Below, in pieces: positions 24,347 through 36,960 of a DNA stretch of 64,000 nt. Location: NCBI RefSeq assembly GCF_003918875.1, contig NW_025767293.1, forward strand, positions 434,001 through 498,000. The letters run 5' to 3'. The DNA comes from Haliotis rubra (Eukaryota). Both the position numbers and the translations under genes were made by a program. Each line of letters opens with the position of its first letter. Within the stretch, counting starts at the first letter, position 1. Under the pieces are notes generated by a model. The model was given only the letters and a program-made list of their open reading frames with translations. It had not been told where the DNA came from and ran no database searches.

Positions 24347-26936
24347 TCATTTCTTTGTCACCACAGAACCCCTCTTAGCTGATTTTGCCCCAAATCTTTG
24401 GTTAGTCTTTCCTTCTGGAATGGCCGCAGATTGCCATCTCGTGGTCTCCTTTACACCGTAACGTATAGGCGGAAGTTCAGCTTGACTAGCACTGCTGCTG
24501 GTTACCGACCTGGAGGACCTGCCCACTCCACTCTGTGAGGCCCGGATGGGGGATGTTCTGGAGGACACAGCGGCTCTACTGTTGGACCGGATTAACGGAC
24601 TAGGGCCTCCCTGTGGTCTGGAAATGTTTTGATTAAGATGATCCAGAGTTCTTCTTGGAGGATTGGGACTCTTAGATTTAGGAGCTAAGATATAGGTACT
24701 CATGTTGATGTTGCTGGTTGGCTTAGATGGAGCAGCTTCCTCCTCCACGTCCTCCCTCGGCGTCTTCCCCTTCATGATGAGGTCCTTGATATCCTTCACG
24801 TCACTATGCATTTCTCTGTTCTGCTCCCGTAAGTTCCTCATCTCCTCATAGTTTTGATTCATGACCTCCCTCATCCTCTCTACCTCCTGTCTCATGGCCC
24901 TTGACGCCTTGTCCAGCTCCTCCTTGAAGTTCCTCGCCATCTCGTTCCTTTCCATTTCAAACTGTGCGAGTTTCATATTCTGCTGAGTGATGATGGTTTT
25001 GGCCCGTTCTAGTTCTTTCTCCATTATGGCACACTTGTTCTTCAGCTCTTTCAGCTCCTCGCGTAACGTCTGTATCTCGTTATTTTGTTCTTTATACAAA
25101 GTGTCTGATTCTAGGTGTCGTTTGTCGTCACGCAGCCTACTGACCTGTTTGAACAGCTTCCCAGCATACTCCTCAGTTTGTTTCACAAGTTTCTTGAGGT
25201 CATTCAATTCAAGTGATTTTTCCTTTATTATCCTATCTTTCTCACCAGTGCATTTGACCAACACGTTTATCCTGTCATCTCTGTTGACCAATGAGTCTTT
25301 TAATTCACCTATTTCCTCCTCCTTCTGTTCAACTTCTCGAGTCTTTTCTTTAACTATTCTTTCGTTTTCGGAGGCATGGTGCTTGGCCTCAACATCCAAC
25401 CTTAGCCTTAAGGCATCGATTTGTCCTTCAAGTGCCTTGTTCATGGTAATAACACTCTGCAACACGCTGAACGCCTCACCTGGCGCCATTTCCAGGGAAG
25501 CAGACGAAGGCCTTGACGAGGAAGCGGAAGTGACGTCAACACTACTTGCACTTCCATTATCACCTGCTCTTGATTCTGGTCGAGGGGTGATCCCGGTACC
25601 ATGAACCTTTAGGTGCTCCTGAAAGCGAAAAAGAAAACAGAATTCATCTGTTGATATATCTAAGTCAAACACCGGTACTCATTTTATCAATTTTGTTTGT
25701 TGTTTAATGCAAGACACAGCAATATTCAAGCTATAGGAAGGCAGCCAATAAGAATGGACCGGGTAATCCAGTGATTGACAATATGAATAACATTCTACTT
25801 GGCTCAACCAAGTCGCCTAGCCTGACCAACCAATGTATAATAAAATTGTTCTCTCCGACAGGCATTGGGAGCATTGGTCCATTTCTAACCCAGAATCGTG
25901 AACACGTGATCAGGTATTCCTCCGCTGGTGAAGACAGTAACATTAGGATCACCAAACACTTCTTTCAAATTTGACAAAACATCCTGTTTTTAAAAAAAAA
26001 TATTTGTGAAAAGCTGGAACTACGATCATGGATTTCATTTGAGGAAATGGTTTACTCCACAGTATCTGAGTAGTGAGCGAGTGTGTTTGTTAGTCGCTTT
26101 AGCAATATTCCAGCAATATCACGATTACCCGTGTGGGGAATCGAACCCGGGTCTTCAGCGTGACGAGCGAACGCGTTAACCACCAGGTTACCCCAACCGT
26201 CCCCACAGTATCTAGACAAGAAACGGGCTATTTTTATTTCAGCTGAAGTAAATTAATGCAAAAGGCTGACAACGACACGACCATGAGATATCCTGCTGAG
26301 TCAGCCACTCTTTCAATGCCCGATTTCCCAATCTGACTCCAGCCTCTTAAACACAAGGCAAGGTATAATCTCCTTTACGTCGTGACATGTATGTGTGGTC
26401 CCTGAGGAGGACCATTCCTCAATCACCGCCATTAAGTTTTCAGGACACGAACGCAGGATGTTACGGTTCCTATGTTTGTCCCAGTTATGATCCTTGGGTC
26501 TGTACCCGTGAAGATCCGGGTTAGAATAATTGATCTTCAGTAACCCATGCTTGTCGTAAGAGGCGACTAACGGAATTTGGTGGTCAGGCTCGCTGACTTG
26601 GTTGACACATGTCATTGTATCCCAAATGCGAATAGATCGATGCTCATGCTGTTGATCACTGGATTGTCTGGTCCAGACTCAATTATTTACAGACCGCCGC
26701 CATATAGCTGGAAAATTGCTGAGTGCGTCGTAAAACTAAACTCACTCACTCACATTTCGGCCTGTTTGCACTAACGTGTATGTGTGTGATATTTTGAGAG
26801 GCGTGGGTGTCCTCCCAGAATGGACTGGAGCGCCATGATACAACTTAAATAGTGTTGCATGGAGGATAAATGACTCAGTTACCTGGACAGAAAGCGTGTT
26901 ATCCATTCTCTGTGTTATCAAACCGCCAGACGCCAT
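24347..26936 (-). CDS. Uncharacterised coiled-coil protein, paralog 1 (~441 aa); exons 26883-26936 and 24347-25618
   Basis: 1272-nt open exon after a pyrimidine-rich CAG acceptor; upstream exon AAGATGGCG...MASGGLITQRMDNTLSVQ|GTAACT in matching phase 0; long heptad region with S/P/R-rich ends. Confidence 0.85.
26503..26752 (+). mobile_element. SINE-like family B, full length
   Basis: cccgtgaagatccgggttagaa...gtcgtaagaggcgactaa...gcgtcgtaaaactaaactcactcac. Confidence 0.9.
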
Positions 26937-27142
26937 CTTGAAATCTGAAACGAAATAATGTTATGTGGCAGTGTTATTCATTGTACAATAGTGTGCTAGT
27001 TACTATATTTAGACAGGGAGTCAAGGGTGATCTGTAAGCTTCTAGAACAGCTGAATTAATCCAGCATTGAACGGAACCTTAAATAAATATTCAGACTATA
27101 TAAGGGAGCAAGCAAATGCATATCATCTCTCACATTACATTA

Positions 27143-27304
27143 GGGGGCAGTGTGGTAGCTCAGTGGTTAAAGCGTTTGCTCGTCACGCCGAAGGCCGGGT
27201 TCGATTCCCCACATGGGTACGATATGTGAAGCCCATTTCTGGTGTTCCCATGCCGTGATGTTGCTGGAATATTGCTAAAAGCTGCGTAAAACCCAGCTCA
27301 CTCA
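27143..27304 (+). mobile_element. SINE family A
   Basis: TAGCTCAGTGG A-box, GGTTCGATTCC B-box, common tail. Confidence 0.85.
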
Positions 27305-29519
27305 CATCACATTAAGACAATGACTCTACAAAGATCGTGATTTTAACCCTGCATTACCAGCCAGGGCCTGTTTTGACGCATGGCCACTGCTGCTAAGTAA
27401 ATATTACCATAATGATCTTTGTGGCTATAATCACTGCTTATATATCATATTTCCATTTATTTATACTGCCATTGTAATGTCTTTGCAAAAATTAAAATTG
27501 ATTTATAAACCTAGTTAATTTTGGTATAACATGGATGTATTGACTGTTGGTCTCACGATAAATTCGTTAATGGACAGATTTCTTGTTTCAACAATACATC
27601 ATAGTTTCAACATGGAAATAGACAATTATTACAATCTAAACATAGGTCAACATATACAGAACAATCACATTCAGAGTGCTATAACGGTACAATAACCAAA
27701 CAGATTATTATGACAGATAAATGGTCAGTATTTAGACGCTGTGACATCATTGACGTAATTAGTAATGTGGAAGTCTTTAAGATCGGGGACCCCTAAAGTG
27801 AGTTTACATATTTCTCATCTATGTAAATGGGTTCATGCGTCCTTTACAGCTCCTGTAGAAAGTTCCAGAACAGTTAACTCCTGGAAGATTACTATTGTTT
27901 TCTGTTAGTTGGTTATGCCACCCGCAGCAATATTCCAGCGAAAAAGCGGAGTTGGTATGTAATCGGTTCCTTGCGCATCTAGGGGACGTAACTCTTGGTT
28001 GTAGGTTGTAATGCATTAGAAGCTATCCTGCTCCACAAGCCACTACCGCGGCTAGTCTTTACTTTTCACAGTAAACGCCAAATGTATTGAGGTCAAATCT
28101 AAACTCACTAACTACATATTGGGCAATGTACCCCCCACGTGGGGTGTCAGACTTCCTAGTGTTGTTGGACATCTGCCAGTGTAAGTTAATCCTTTACTGG
28201 CGTCACAGGAAATGATATAAACACAGTTATTATGATCGTTAGTAATATCCCCTGGAAGATTAACGGCTATTTCGGCTTCTCGTCTATAACGTGCAATGAG
28301 CATGTGTCCTGAGTTCATTACCTGAGAAACACACACACATGCTTCCTGCACCTTTACATCCATATTGAGACACGTGTCAGGATTAGCGTGTATCAGAGAC
28401 CATGCAGTAAATGTATTATATGGTTTCTGCTTGCGTGACACAATCGTATATTCAATCAAATTATAAAATTCATTTACTTGACATAATAAAGAAGATCTAA
28501 ATCACCGTTCTTAACCACGTGTGTCATGACGTATGTCTGAGTAGGTTACCGCATCTTTGGACAATGCACACGACGGTCTACAATAGAAGTGTCTCAGTAC
28601 CAATCCTGTACTTAAGTATCCACGGGTGAGTTAACCCCCCGCAGTGAGCTTATGACTTCCTGAGCTTCCTGGGTACTTCCGGTGTTTTGTATGAACCCTG
28701 TCACCTGTCTTGAATGACATGGACCCGCCTCCTTAATAATTCCTCATATATTTTCTGATCGAATAAGTTATGCTTCAATATGGCTTTTAGTCATTTTCAA
28801 AGGGGTTTGTTGTGTGTCCGCCAATGCATGTCAATCTGGGTTTTAGGGGAAGACACTCAAAATTTGCTCTATCCAGAATTCCATAATGCAGCTGATCAAA
28901 TAAAAAAAAAGTATTTACAAATTCTCCAGGCGTTTGTAAAACAAGAAATAGCAACCACAAACTACATGTTCCAAATCAGTGTACCAGGACACGCTGATCC
29001 CACTTTAGCCACAGATGCGTCCATTTATATACCTTGGTTTGCCAGTACATGTCAGTGTTCTTGGGTTTTACCAAGACTAGTATTGATGACTTTGCAGTAC
29101 GTTGCTGAAATTCTGCAATTCGGAGCAGCCAAACCCAAAACTGAGCCCAAACCCAACTCACCTGCTTAATTGCTTTTGCTAGCCTTATTTAACAACATTC
29201 AAGAGTATAATCCACTTTAAAACAACGTTTGCACATTCGTTGAATACGTGCTACGTGTCTCCCTGACTTGGTCAAGGCTTGTATATGTATATAAACGTGT
29301 CGCCCCCCCTGTAGTATACAGTGATGTGGAAAGTGATAGGATTTCACGCTATACTCGGCTCCTGTTGATAAGCACTGGTTGTTTAGTCACAGCGTAATCA
29401 CTAACATGTCGAAGGCAGCCTGGCAATCGCTGATACACTTGTTCACATTCGACAGGGCTCTGTGACACGACTACAACTGAGAATGTCAGTCTATTGGGAT
29501 TATGTTGGGATTCAAGCAG

Positions 29520-30150
29520 CCAGTTCCCTTCCACTGATTCATCAACCTCTTGCATATTATTTAGATTTATACTTAAAGATTCAACTTCAAGAAAACCTCT
29601 CTACAAGACTGTATGACAAGTGGAAGACCTCAACTATTCAATTGTTTAAGTTTCCTTAATGCTGAGCAATAACTCCTTCAGCCTTTGGAGGCTTTGGTGT
29701 CTACATTTAATAACTTTTGAGATACAATCGACCAAACCATAGGCGAATCTGAGGGGGTGCAGCTTTGGTGACTACATTTAATAACTTAGAGATACAATCG
29801 ACCAAACCATAATCGGATCTAGAGGGGTGTGTGTGTGTGTGTGTGTGTGCAGGGGTGCCCCCCCCCCCCCGCATTGTCCTGGAAGTTTATTAAATGACCA
29901 TTGAAATGAAAGTGCAACCCCCACCCCCACCCTCTCTCTCAATAGTGCGTACACAGTGCTTTTCTCAAAAAGCTGTATATATCCGCCCCTGCAAACCCCT
30001 TATATGAAGATTTCGAGAAGCGTCTTACTACTCTCTCTCAAAAGTGTAACTTGCCTGGCAACCAGGTTCAAGACCTCAGTAAATAGTAAACTCAGTTTTA
30101 TGGCAGACATGTAGACAACAAGTCCAAGTCGAAGCGTCAGAGACAAATAT
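29520..30150 (+). mobile_element. Degenerate Penelope-like element RT C-terminal fragment
   Basis: Broken frames read YLDLYL...LSTRLYDK...KFP..SN..GVYI...RYNR..YEDF...FYGRHVD, the pattern typical of PLE RT thumb regions. Confidence 0.65.
29808..29991. mobile_element. C/G-tract MITE with 5-bp TSD CAAAC
   Basis: Shares gaaagtttattaaatgaccattgaaa and ctcaaaaagctgta..tccgcccctg with 19927-20084; CAAAC on both flanks. Confidence 0.8.
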
Positions 30151-30293
30151 TATGTCCAATGCAACTCTCTATTGTGACTTGTACCACACGTGTCTTCTTT
30201 CAGGTGAACAGTTGACTATACTCAGTGCATGTGTTTGTGACGAGAGGCACCGAGAGGGAGGGGCAGGATACGTTCACATTTTTCATAAATTGA

Positions 30294-30463
30294 CTGACTG
30301 ACTGACTGAGTTTAGTTTTACACCGCTTTTAGCAATATTCCAGCAATATCACGGCGGGGGACACCAGAAATGGGCTTAACACATTGTGGCCATGTGGGGA
30401 ATCGAACCCGGGTCTTCGGCGTGACGAGCCAACGCTTTAACCACTAGGCTACCCCACCGCCCC
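30294..30463 (-). mobile_element. SINE family A, full length
   Basis: Near-consensus copy, TTCATAAATTGA target-site duplication. Confidence 0.9.
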
Positions 30464-33400
30464 TTCATAAATTGAGATTGATAAAAACATGCTAATGCTT
30501 TATGTAGTAAATCGTACAGTCGACTCTGCTTATAGTTTCTTGTTAAACGCCGCTCGCAACAATTTATCAGCCATATTACAAACATCCAGTGATTGAAATC
30601 AAGAGCATAGATCTAAGCAGCTGGGATACAATGGCATGCATCAACCAAAAAGAACTCTGGGGCTTAAGAATTTAGTGAATAATTATTATGTTGTGTGGGG
30701 TATTTCAATGACTATAATTAAATCAAAATGATGATGATGATGATGATGATGATGATGTTGATAACAAAAAACGTGGGAAAGTTAATATCGTTACATCAAA
30801 CTAGCAACGCTTGTTACCCATAGAACCGCCTAAGTAATAAACGCCCTTCAAGAAACAGTTTGTTAAGCGATGTAATCACCTCTCAGCGTATATTGTGATT
30901 CAGTCTTCCTACTGGGTAACAACACAACCAGACGGGTGCCTAGTGAGCGACTAAATACCCGCAACAGGTAACTAACACACCCGACCTTATCATCTCACGG
31001 GGCGGCGTGGCCCGTCAGGCTGACAGTAGACCCTACCTGCTGGTGATTACATGGGGTACCCCGGTGACACAGAACATAAGTACTTCCACACAAGCTAAAC
31101 AATGGAGGTGATCAGATACAACTCAGTAGTTCATGGATTTGTCATACACCCTGACGTGCAGAAATTAACATTACAGTGGATTTCAACTGAAGATCAGATG
31201 AAAAGAAATCTATTAACAAATGTTATAACTTGGATTGACTCTGAATATCCGAGTTCAGATTGATATATATTCACATTTTGTGAAGAAATATTGACAGCTA
31301 TATGCAAGAAGACCATTACTGCAACGTAATCACTAAAAGTGTTCTTGACACGGGTCTATGAAGTCACAACATGGTCCCCTAGCATATTGTATATGATGAC
31401 TAGTTATGCCTGGACTCCCCTTAGACAAACAGTTGACTAATATTCTGCATACAAGGACGTGTTGTTTCGACATACCTGTGTACATTCCCAGCAGAGCGTG
31501 GCGTGCTGCCCACGACCCAGGTAAACCCGTGACCTAACGAGCAGGTATGCCTAGAAGACGCATGAAGGCAGATTATACCTGGGCCACTACTGTACACAAA
31601 TATGTTTACTTACCGTAGTTGCCCAACAAAACGAACAGTTCCAAATACACGAGTAAATCATCTTATCAGTATATGCTTTATTTGGGAGAATTTTATTCAG
31701 CGACGTCTCCTTAACAGAAAGCATCGGACCAATCGAAAATACACAATTAATACTTTCGTAATTCCAGACAAGCAACACAAATACGACGTGTACCACTTCT
31801 GCTGTAGCCATAAAAGAACTTTGTTTTAAACAATATATGGGGTTAAACAGTTTTGAGTAAGCGGAACTTGCAAATATTCACAGGATACATTCATACACTG
31901 AATATTAAAAGAATCCTAAATTGTATTTTTACCAAGAATGTTCACTTTATGTATTATCGGCAACTTTCGAGGAAATATATTTCCAATAAGAACAGTGAGC
32001 TAGAACTGACATAACAGTCATTCGATCCTCCTATCAGTGAATGAATTTGGGTATAATACGTTGGTGTTTGTTAGAATTGGGTGGTATCACGGCGGGGAAC
32101 ACCAGAAATGGGCTTCACACATTGAAAATGCTTTGGGAATTGGGCCTCATGGTTTTGGGCGTGACGAGCGATCATTCTAACCTCTGATTACCCCACCACC
32201 CCAGTTTGTAAGGAAATGCATATATGTACACACGTCGCACATGTTCGTTGAAATTGTGGCAATTTTGTCATTATGGAACCTGACACAGACAAACCGTGAC
32301 AGTCACAGTAATAATGTTGATATTATCTTGCATAAATTATTGTAGTACATGCCAATTTCACGGGTACAGGTGAACCAACTGATTTAAAGATTACCAAAAC
32401 AATTAGCATATATTTTAAACTTATCAGCTATCCACTCTCCACAGTTCAGCATAACTTTTATTATCGATCCGTCTTATCGATAGATCCATACACTATACCT
32501 TATTGAACGAGTTTAAAAACAGATCGATCAAATTACTTTGAGTGACAAAGCCTGATAAGAGAGCACACGCTATAACACGTCACGTATATTGTGAGTACCT
32601 GTTCCTTATATTAAACTACTGCAAGAATAAGGCAATGCGTTGTGAGGAAGTCAGTCATATAAGACTTCCAGTACTGCCTTGTGTTATGTGGTAAATGAAT
32701 CTATTCGTCTAGTCACAAAGGTGCTATCATAAAATTAATGGATATGAAGATAATTTAACAAAATGTAGAGTTATTAGATGTTGACAAATGATTCCATAAC
32801 ACAAACACTGACTTTGCTGAAATGAATCTAGTTATTTAAAGTGACTATTACCTTATTTATAAATTACTTAGATATTGTAATATTGGTTGCATCTTATTCA
32901 AATAAGGTCTTACTTAGATCTTATCGTTATCAAACAGACGAACGAAAAATAATTATAAGATATTGTTTCCAAAACAGTGTTTCTGAAATTGACATGGTTT
33001 TAGATATATATAAGACTTATTGATATCAAACGTATCAAATTATATAGAGGTAGGCATATTTGACACCGACTAGAAACGTTTCGGGAGTAACAGCAGCTCG
33101 CTGGTATTATTACATTAAATAGAAGGTAAAAACTACAAATTTGATTGGCTCTGTTAGCAGAATAACCAGTCTGGTCGAGATCTCGCTCACAATGACCCCT
33201 ATCCCCTATCCAAGCGTGTAAACAAAAACAATTTCAAACAGGTCTCACATACCTTATTATTAGAGAAAGCCCATGGTATTACATTATCCGTCTGTACATT
33301 TTCCTGGAGTGTACCATCTGTATAACGGCATGTAGACCTACATTGACTACACTTACTTCAGTCAGGGTGCTTGACCTACAAGTCTCGTCAGGGGTATCCA

Positions 33401-34926
33401 TGGACGCGTTAGCCACCATTACCGCCTACCCAGCACACTGGTGAAATCTCGCCGTGTGCAGCGTGTTGGGATCGAGGATCGAACCACGATAAGATTGTTG
33501 AGAAAATATATAAGTACGACTTCTTTTGTTAATCGTTGGAGTAATAATATCATATAAATTATGAAGACTAATGAATAATAATGCATTGAGGATAAATATA
33601 AAATTACCGATTTTTACTTATTACAACCCATACTGGCACAAGTTGTCCAACACTTTAGTTAAATGGTGTGTCTCTCAAGAAGGCGATTCCTTTACAACAT
33701 TCTGATTGTTAGGTCACACACAAATGAAAGTGATTATTGGGCTCCAGTTAAAGTTCAAAATATCAGGTCGCAGTACGCTTCTTGCTCCAACTACGCAACA
33801 CTAATTTACACTACACTACATTACAATGCATTACAATACAGTATATGCTGAAACGTTTTCCGTCGTGACAATAAAGAATAATCATATGAAACATGCTATC
33901 ATGATCACGTTTCCCAGAAGAAAGAAGTATTGGGTACTGTAGTTCTAAATACAATTGTAAATGTAAGTTTTTAATTAAAACAAAATGGAATGTTAAGCAA
34001 ACCATCATACAGTCATTATGTGGGTATATTTTGGGGCAATCCCCAATTCTTGCAAGGTCATTCCCACTGTTTCAAAGGTAAACGCTATTAAATCTTATGT
34101 TCCATATTTTTTTCTAAATGAAATAAAACGAATTTATCGTGACTTTGACAGTTGAGTATTAATACATTACTGCTACATTCCCTGAACAAGGTAACTGTTT
34201 CAAATGTACTCTACTGAGGGTTGGAATGGAAATTATATTCATGTTATTACAAACGTTTAGCATGATATTGGGGTCTGTGCAGAAATATCCACTGTAGCCA
34301 ATGAGCCCGTGTCTTCAATGTCGGGGAAACAAAGAAGAAACATTAAACCAGTATCAATTTAGTGGTACTGTGCTGCAGTAGATATGCAAACAAATGCAAT
34401 TTTAAAGTAATAATTGTTCCAGATGTAATAAAACGTGATGGTCAGCGTGCTGACAGTATTACCTATTACAATCTTTAACATTAATGATACCCATATTTTG
34501 TTAAATACAACTATCGTTTATGCTTTCAAAATTTTGCATTTTCGTAATTTCGATTAGTAGTTTTCTGAAAAATTAATCACAGCTACGAAAAAAGCTAATA
34601 ATTTAAAAGAAACTCGAAATTAAATTTTTCAAATATTTGAAATGCCAAGAAAATAATTTGGGTAGACTGCACTTTAATGGTCCCCGGAAGTTTACTCTAG
34701 CGAGGGTTAGGGTTATAGTTATGGGTTGGTAAGGGTTCGGGTTCGGGTAAAGTGCAGATGTCCCAATCATTTAAATTTCGTGATTATAGCTATAGCCGAA
34801 TGAACAAGAGAAAACACGAAATTTTCAGTAATAAAATATATAAATTATCTAAATATCTCATATTTACTCAATATGATTTTATGTGTTTTGGCAATACATG
34901 AAAGTTTTCATTTGAGTGATGTTGGT

Positions 34927-34942
34927 GGCCCTTAAAAGGGCC
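34927..34942 (-). terminator. Histone 3'-UTR stem-loop
   Basis: Minus strand reads aacGGCCCTTTTAAGGGCCaccaa, 35 nt after the stop codon, matching the metazoan consensus including flanks. Confidence 0.93.
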
Positions 34943-34977
34943 GTTGAAAAAGCCAGACAAGGGCACAGTAAATTACT

Positions 34978-35412
34978 TTACTTGACTTTCTTAGCAGATT
35001 TCGCTCTTCCTTTGGCAGCTTTCTTCATGGGTTTCTTTGCAGATTTCTTTGCTGCCTTTTTGGGAGACTTCTTCGCTGGCTTCTTTACAGCTTTCTTTGC
35101 TGACTTTTTGGCTGGCTTCTTTGCTGCTTTTTTAACAGCTTTCTTTGCTGGTTTCTTCGCCTTCTTGGCGGGTTTCTTGGCGGCGGACTTTGCCCTTTTT
35201 GCTGGTTTCGGCTTGCTTGAGGATCGGCCGCGAGAGGAACTCTTCTTTGGTGAAGCAGAGCGCTTTCTTTTCTGAGCTTTGCCGGGGCGCTTACTGATGG
35301 ATCGGGGCCTTTTAGGCGCAGGTAAACCGAGTTTGGCAGGAGACTTCGATCGGGATCGGGATCGGGATCGAGATCGGGATCGAGAACGCGACATTCTGGT
35401 CGGGCTGTTCAT
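34978..35412 (-). CDS. Protamine-like / histone H1-tail-like basic protein (144 aa), no winged-helix domain; probable sperm nuclear basic protein
   Basis: MNSPTRM(SR)8SKSPAK...SPKK...(KKPAKK/KKAAKK)n; first true ATG is 35412 (the ORF-track start is GTG); intronless, histone-type promoter and stem-loop. Confidence 0.88.
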   Translation of the reverse strand: MNSPTRMSRSRSRSRSRSRSRSKSPAKLGLPAPKRPRSISKRPGKAQKRKRSASPKKSSSRGRSSSKPKPAKRAKSAAKKPAKKAKKPAKKAVKKAAKKPAKKSAKKAVKKPAKKSPKKAAKKSAKKPMKKAAKGRAKSAKKVK

Positions 35413-35470
35413 TTCGAAGATGTACACACTTTGCAGTCTGCAGAACGTGACAGGAGTGACGTGATGGCAG

Positions 35471-35571
35471 TTACGTCATATTTATAGGCATCGCGCGGAC
35501 CTGATAGAAGACAAGCAACACATGTGACGCGAAGACAAGAATGGCGTTACAAGTATGGCCTTACTGTGTTT
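35471..35571 (-). promoter_or_regulatory. Histone H1-type promoter: H1 box AAACACA (35565-35571), H4-box-like TCAGGTCCGC (35495-35504), TATAAATA (35479-35486), CRE-like TGACGTAA (35471-35478)
   Basis: Motifs read directly on the minus strand in the order and spacing known for H1 genes. Confidence 0.75.
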
Positions 35572-36759
35572 GTTGACATATTTGAATCAATGTAATCGTA
35601 TTTGTAAAGCATGTAAAGTACATATAAATAGTAACACGTCACAGAGAGATCTATTAGAATCAGGAAATTTCATATATTCAATCAATAGCAGCCAAATTCT
35701 GAAGTTTGTGTCTCATAATGTATGCGTAAACACTCGCTGGAGATCTTCGCAGTAACAAAATACCTACATTTTACGACATTATTCACCACAAATCTGATCT
35801 ACTTATATATTATGAACACATTATAACTGGGCACCAATAAACACGATGACCCGTTTGTTCATAAATAAACACTGATCAATATATGTGTCTGCAATTGTGC
35901 ACTGGCGCACAGCGGAAACAATCAGCCATTTTGAAAGTCGGTAGTACTGAAGCGGTCGTTGTTGGCACGGGTACTACAGTTGATGTTAATGTATGGCACT
36001 TACGACTATCTTAGCTCTAAAAGAGTTTCGAAAATCTAGGCCCAGCTAGCCAAAATCTAAATACAGAAACGTACCCTAGGACGGGTCCATTCTGCATTGT
36101 GACGTTTTACTTGATCGGAACTCAAACTGTTGTATTCTAGATGTTGATTGCGTTATAAGAAACGAGCAAACAAATACTTCGCGATGCACTGGCAATCAGT
36201 TGAACAGGAATAACTGGACATACGGTTTCGGTTTTGGGTTGCATCATATGGAGTCGTCCGCCATTTAGGTTGATTTTGTTTAGGGTACAGCCATTTCTGT
36301 TTACAGATAGTTTACACCATGTCCTGAAAGGTGTGTACCCACTGTGGGGGATTCAGAGATTTCAGTAACACATGCTTGTTGTAAGGGACGACGAGATATA
36401 TGGATCATCAGGGTGTCATAGCATTTCATCTCTTCCTAACTGTTTGAGACATTCATAATATCAGTTTCTGGATTGTCTGATCCAGATTCGTTCACAGGCT
36501 GGAACTGAGGTTAATTGTTTTTTTGGTTTGTTGTTGAATAAATAATTTAAAAATAAATAAATAAACCTTATTTCCTTAATGTCGTAATTAAATTAGATCT
36601 CATAAATTACGACTTGAGTTTTCCACGTTTTTGGCCTAAACTTTGAGGTTAATATTGTTCTGTTTAGTGATCTAAACGCGATTTTTTGATGTACCATGTA
36701 TAAAGTTCTTTCAATTAAAATATATAACTGGTTCGTGTTTTGTAACATTATTGTTTTAT

Positions 36760-36960
36760 TGTTTGTTTGTGGATAATCGAGTCTGGATCAGACAATCCAG
36801 TGATCAACAGCATGAGCATCGATCTACGTAACTGGGAATGTCTAGGATACGATAAAATGTGTCAATAGGTCTGCGTGACTGACCACCGGATCCTGTTAGT
36901 CACCTCTTACGACAAACATGGGTTGCTGACGATCAATTCTAACCCGGATCTTCACGGGTA
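36760..36960 (-). mobile_element. SINE-like family B
   Basis: Ends in cccggatcttcacgggta, the reverse complement of the family B head. Confidence 0.8.

Noticed and set aside
24987-25604. 205-aa plus-strand ORF (and similar ones opposite GPKOW and paralog 2)
   Set aside because: Antisense shadows of real coding exons
29462-30290. Hammerhead ribozyme associated with the Penelope-like relic
   Set aside because: No CTGANGA...GAAA core with supporting stems found by eye
34916-35275. Hydrophobic F/A-rich plus-strand ORF
   Set aside because: Antisense shadow of the K/A-rich gene; promoter and stem-loop are on the minus strand
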